Below, piece by piece: positions 61,809-64,000 of a stretch of 64,000 nucleotides of DNA. The DNA is taken from NCBI RefSeq assembly GCF_964204645.1, contig NC_134031.1, forward strand, positions 6,696,001-6,760,000, in the 5' to 3' direction. The first letter of the stretch is position 1. Each line of letters opens with the position of its first letter. A program made the translations under genes and the position numbers. Source of the DNA: Tubulanus polymorphus (Eukaryota; Animalia; Nemertea). Below the pieces are notes generated by a model. It saw nothing but the letters and a program-made list of their open reading frames with translations. It made no database searches and was not told the DNA's origin.

Positions 61809-64000
61809 TGCAATGAAAAAATCGATTACTTTCAATTTCATTACTTTCACTATACCACCAATTATAGTACATTTAAAAAAACTTGAGTGAAAATTCAAGA
61901 ATGTAAATTTGCAATAGGGCCTATCTTCTCACAATCATTGGAAGATTTGTGTATAGGAGTTACCACAATAACTCAAAGTATGAATAAATTCAATCAAGAT
62001 TACTACAATTTCTAGTAATATTGAAAGCCTCTTTTCCATAGAGGGGTATCATGGGGAACTTAAGTGTTTGCACCCTCACTAGTAGGGCACATCATATACC
62101 GGTAATCATAAGGGCACTCTGAAACAAAGCTCTCATCACAAAACATTACCTCATGTTTGGAAATACAGAGGACCAGCATATGAATTAAATCTTTTTTAGG
62201 TATTTATTTCAAAATTTTCATTTTCCCATGAAATTTCAGGGCAAAGTGAAATTCTTCACGGGGTGCGCACCCCCTGCACCCTCCACTAGGATTCGCCCTT
62301 GGTTTACTTGAATGAGGTATGAAAGATTGATTCTCAATTCATTTGGGCTAAAAATCGCCGTCCTCTGTATTTCTAGGTATAATCATCAGATTTAGGGTTA
62401 ACAGTGATGACATGATTTTGTAAATGTTCTACTTGAACTCCACATGCCGCCTATGCGTAACGGTTATATTAGGCCTATGAGGTCCTGCTGATTGCAATTA
62501 GCCTAAATCTTTCCACTTAATTACTAGATCTAATGCAATTCACCGATGCATGTAAACCTGTGCTTAATTTGAACTACAAGTTGATTCAATAGAAATCAAG
62601 AGGAACTGTACATCAAACATGAATGGGAAATAAATGAGTCATTTTTGAAATCCATAGGGGTTACTAAACTACCGCGTGCACAAATCAAGTTTTAATCAGA
62701 TTTCACAGTTTGACGTTAATAACTGTATACACCACTTGTGCATTTCATTTATCGACAAAACCGCCCCTAATATTGAAGAGCGGTAACCGATGAGGCTAAC
62801 TCCGTGAAAACAACAGTCCATCAAACTTGAATTCATAGGCCTAAATGTTTTTGCGATTAATCACTTAAATTAACAGTCATTAAAAATCCTAAAATATAGG
62901 CCTAGTTATCAATTTATCTAACAAATTTCAGTGCAGTGTAGGCCTACAGATTTTACATATTCCAATTTTTGAAGTACAGAAACCAATTAAGTTAACAAAC
63001 TTCATGAGAAAAACAGTCCATTAAATTTGAATTCATCAATAGTTTTCGATTAATCACAAATCAGATGTCAAATCTTATGTAACAATTATTCCAGAGCCAT
63101 GTCGATTTCCTGTATTCAAATAAAATCAGCCCATCATCATAGGTGTCCCCAGGAATTTTCATAGGGGGTTCGAATGAGCATCAATCCAGCATCCATGCAC
63201 AATATCGGGTGTTTGGTGGGCCTCCACCAAAAAACTCTTTGAAAATTGGAGGCTTTAAAGTAAAGACGTTTTCCAGGCTCTAAAGGAATCATTTAGAGAT
63301 ATCAGACTAGTCAAATTGACAAGAAATATCTTGGACATTGATTACGTAGTAACTTGAGAAGTGAGCTATCTCGTAAAGGGGGTGCGTCCGCTACCTCCGC
63401 ACCCCCTGGCCTTGGCCTTGGGGACACCTATGATCATGAACCAAATTTATTAGGCCAAATAAAAAAAATTAGTTGTTTATCGTCCCCCGCCCGACCCTAC
63501 GAAAAATACCCGACCCAATTTTTTTTTTTTTATTGTGTTCTATTTTGGTTCCAATCGAAAATATTTGCCATAGCTACCATTCCATGTCGATTGTAGGACA
63601 GTATAGCAGGAAACAAAACGATTTATCGATCGACGAAGTGCCTTCGCTGAATAACAATATTCGGTTATGGAGCGTACACAGCGTGGATTTCCGGTTGTGG
63701 AGCATATTTCGATCGATTTTAAAAGTTAATAAAGTTCTATGAATTGAATTGTATTTGTATCGCTTGTGGCGCCACACTTCCAGTCGATGGAAAACATGCT
63801 TTATTTTATCAATCGTATATCATTTACAACACTCGATCTAAAATAAAAAATAAAAATAAAAACCTCCCGACCGACCCAAGCTTTTTGAAAAAAAGGATGA
63901 TAAACAACTAATTTTTTTTATTTGGCCTTAAGATAATGAATGAATCCCGAACAAAAATTGATACTTCGTTACCTGGTTACTCATTTCTGCTGAGCTTAAA

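Overview
Animal (invertebrate-type) nuclear DNA in three parts. (1) Bases 1-15012 are the right part of a very AT-rich endogenous Polinton/Maverick-type DNA virus. It carries a zinc-finger ORF running off the left edge (possibly pPolB), a minor capsid, membrane proteins, a major capsid, an rve integrase with chromodomain, an A32-type packaging ATPase and a small putative OB-fold ORF, and ends in ...ATTACAATTACT. A CR1/L2-type LINE interrupts the major capsid gene, and a TTAA piggyBac-type MITE interrupts the LINE. Nearly every viral ORF starts in a poxvirus-late-like TAAATG context. The element also contains an unannotated GC-rich ~290-nt segment (13973-14261). By hand it folds into a multi-helix RNA with about 20 G-U pairs and two hairpins capped by self-complementary GGCGCC loops; this is the top finding. 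(2) About 18-47.6 kb is a minus-strand tandem array of six six-exon genes for a secreted Cys-patterned protein (ependymin-related-like by inference). It is interspersed with MITEs, a second LINE, Penelope-type hammerhead repeats and a terminal relic of a second Polinton. (3) About 49-62 kb holds conserved host genes: DSN1-like, DPM2 and NUBPL, with an intronless GPCR nested in a GC-AG intron of NUBPL. All assignments were made by eye; no searches were run.
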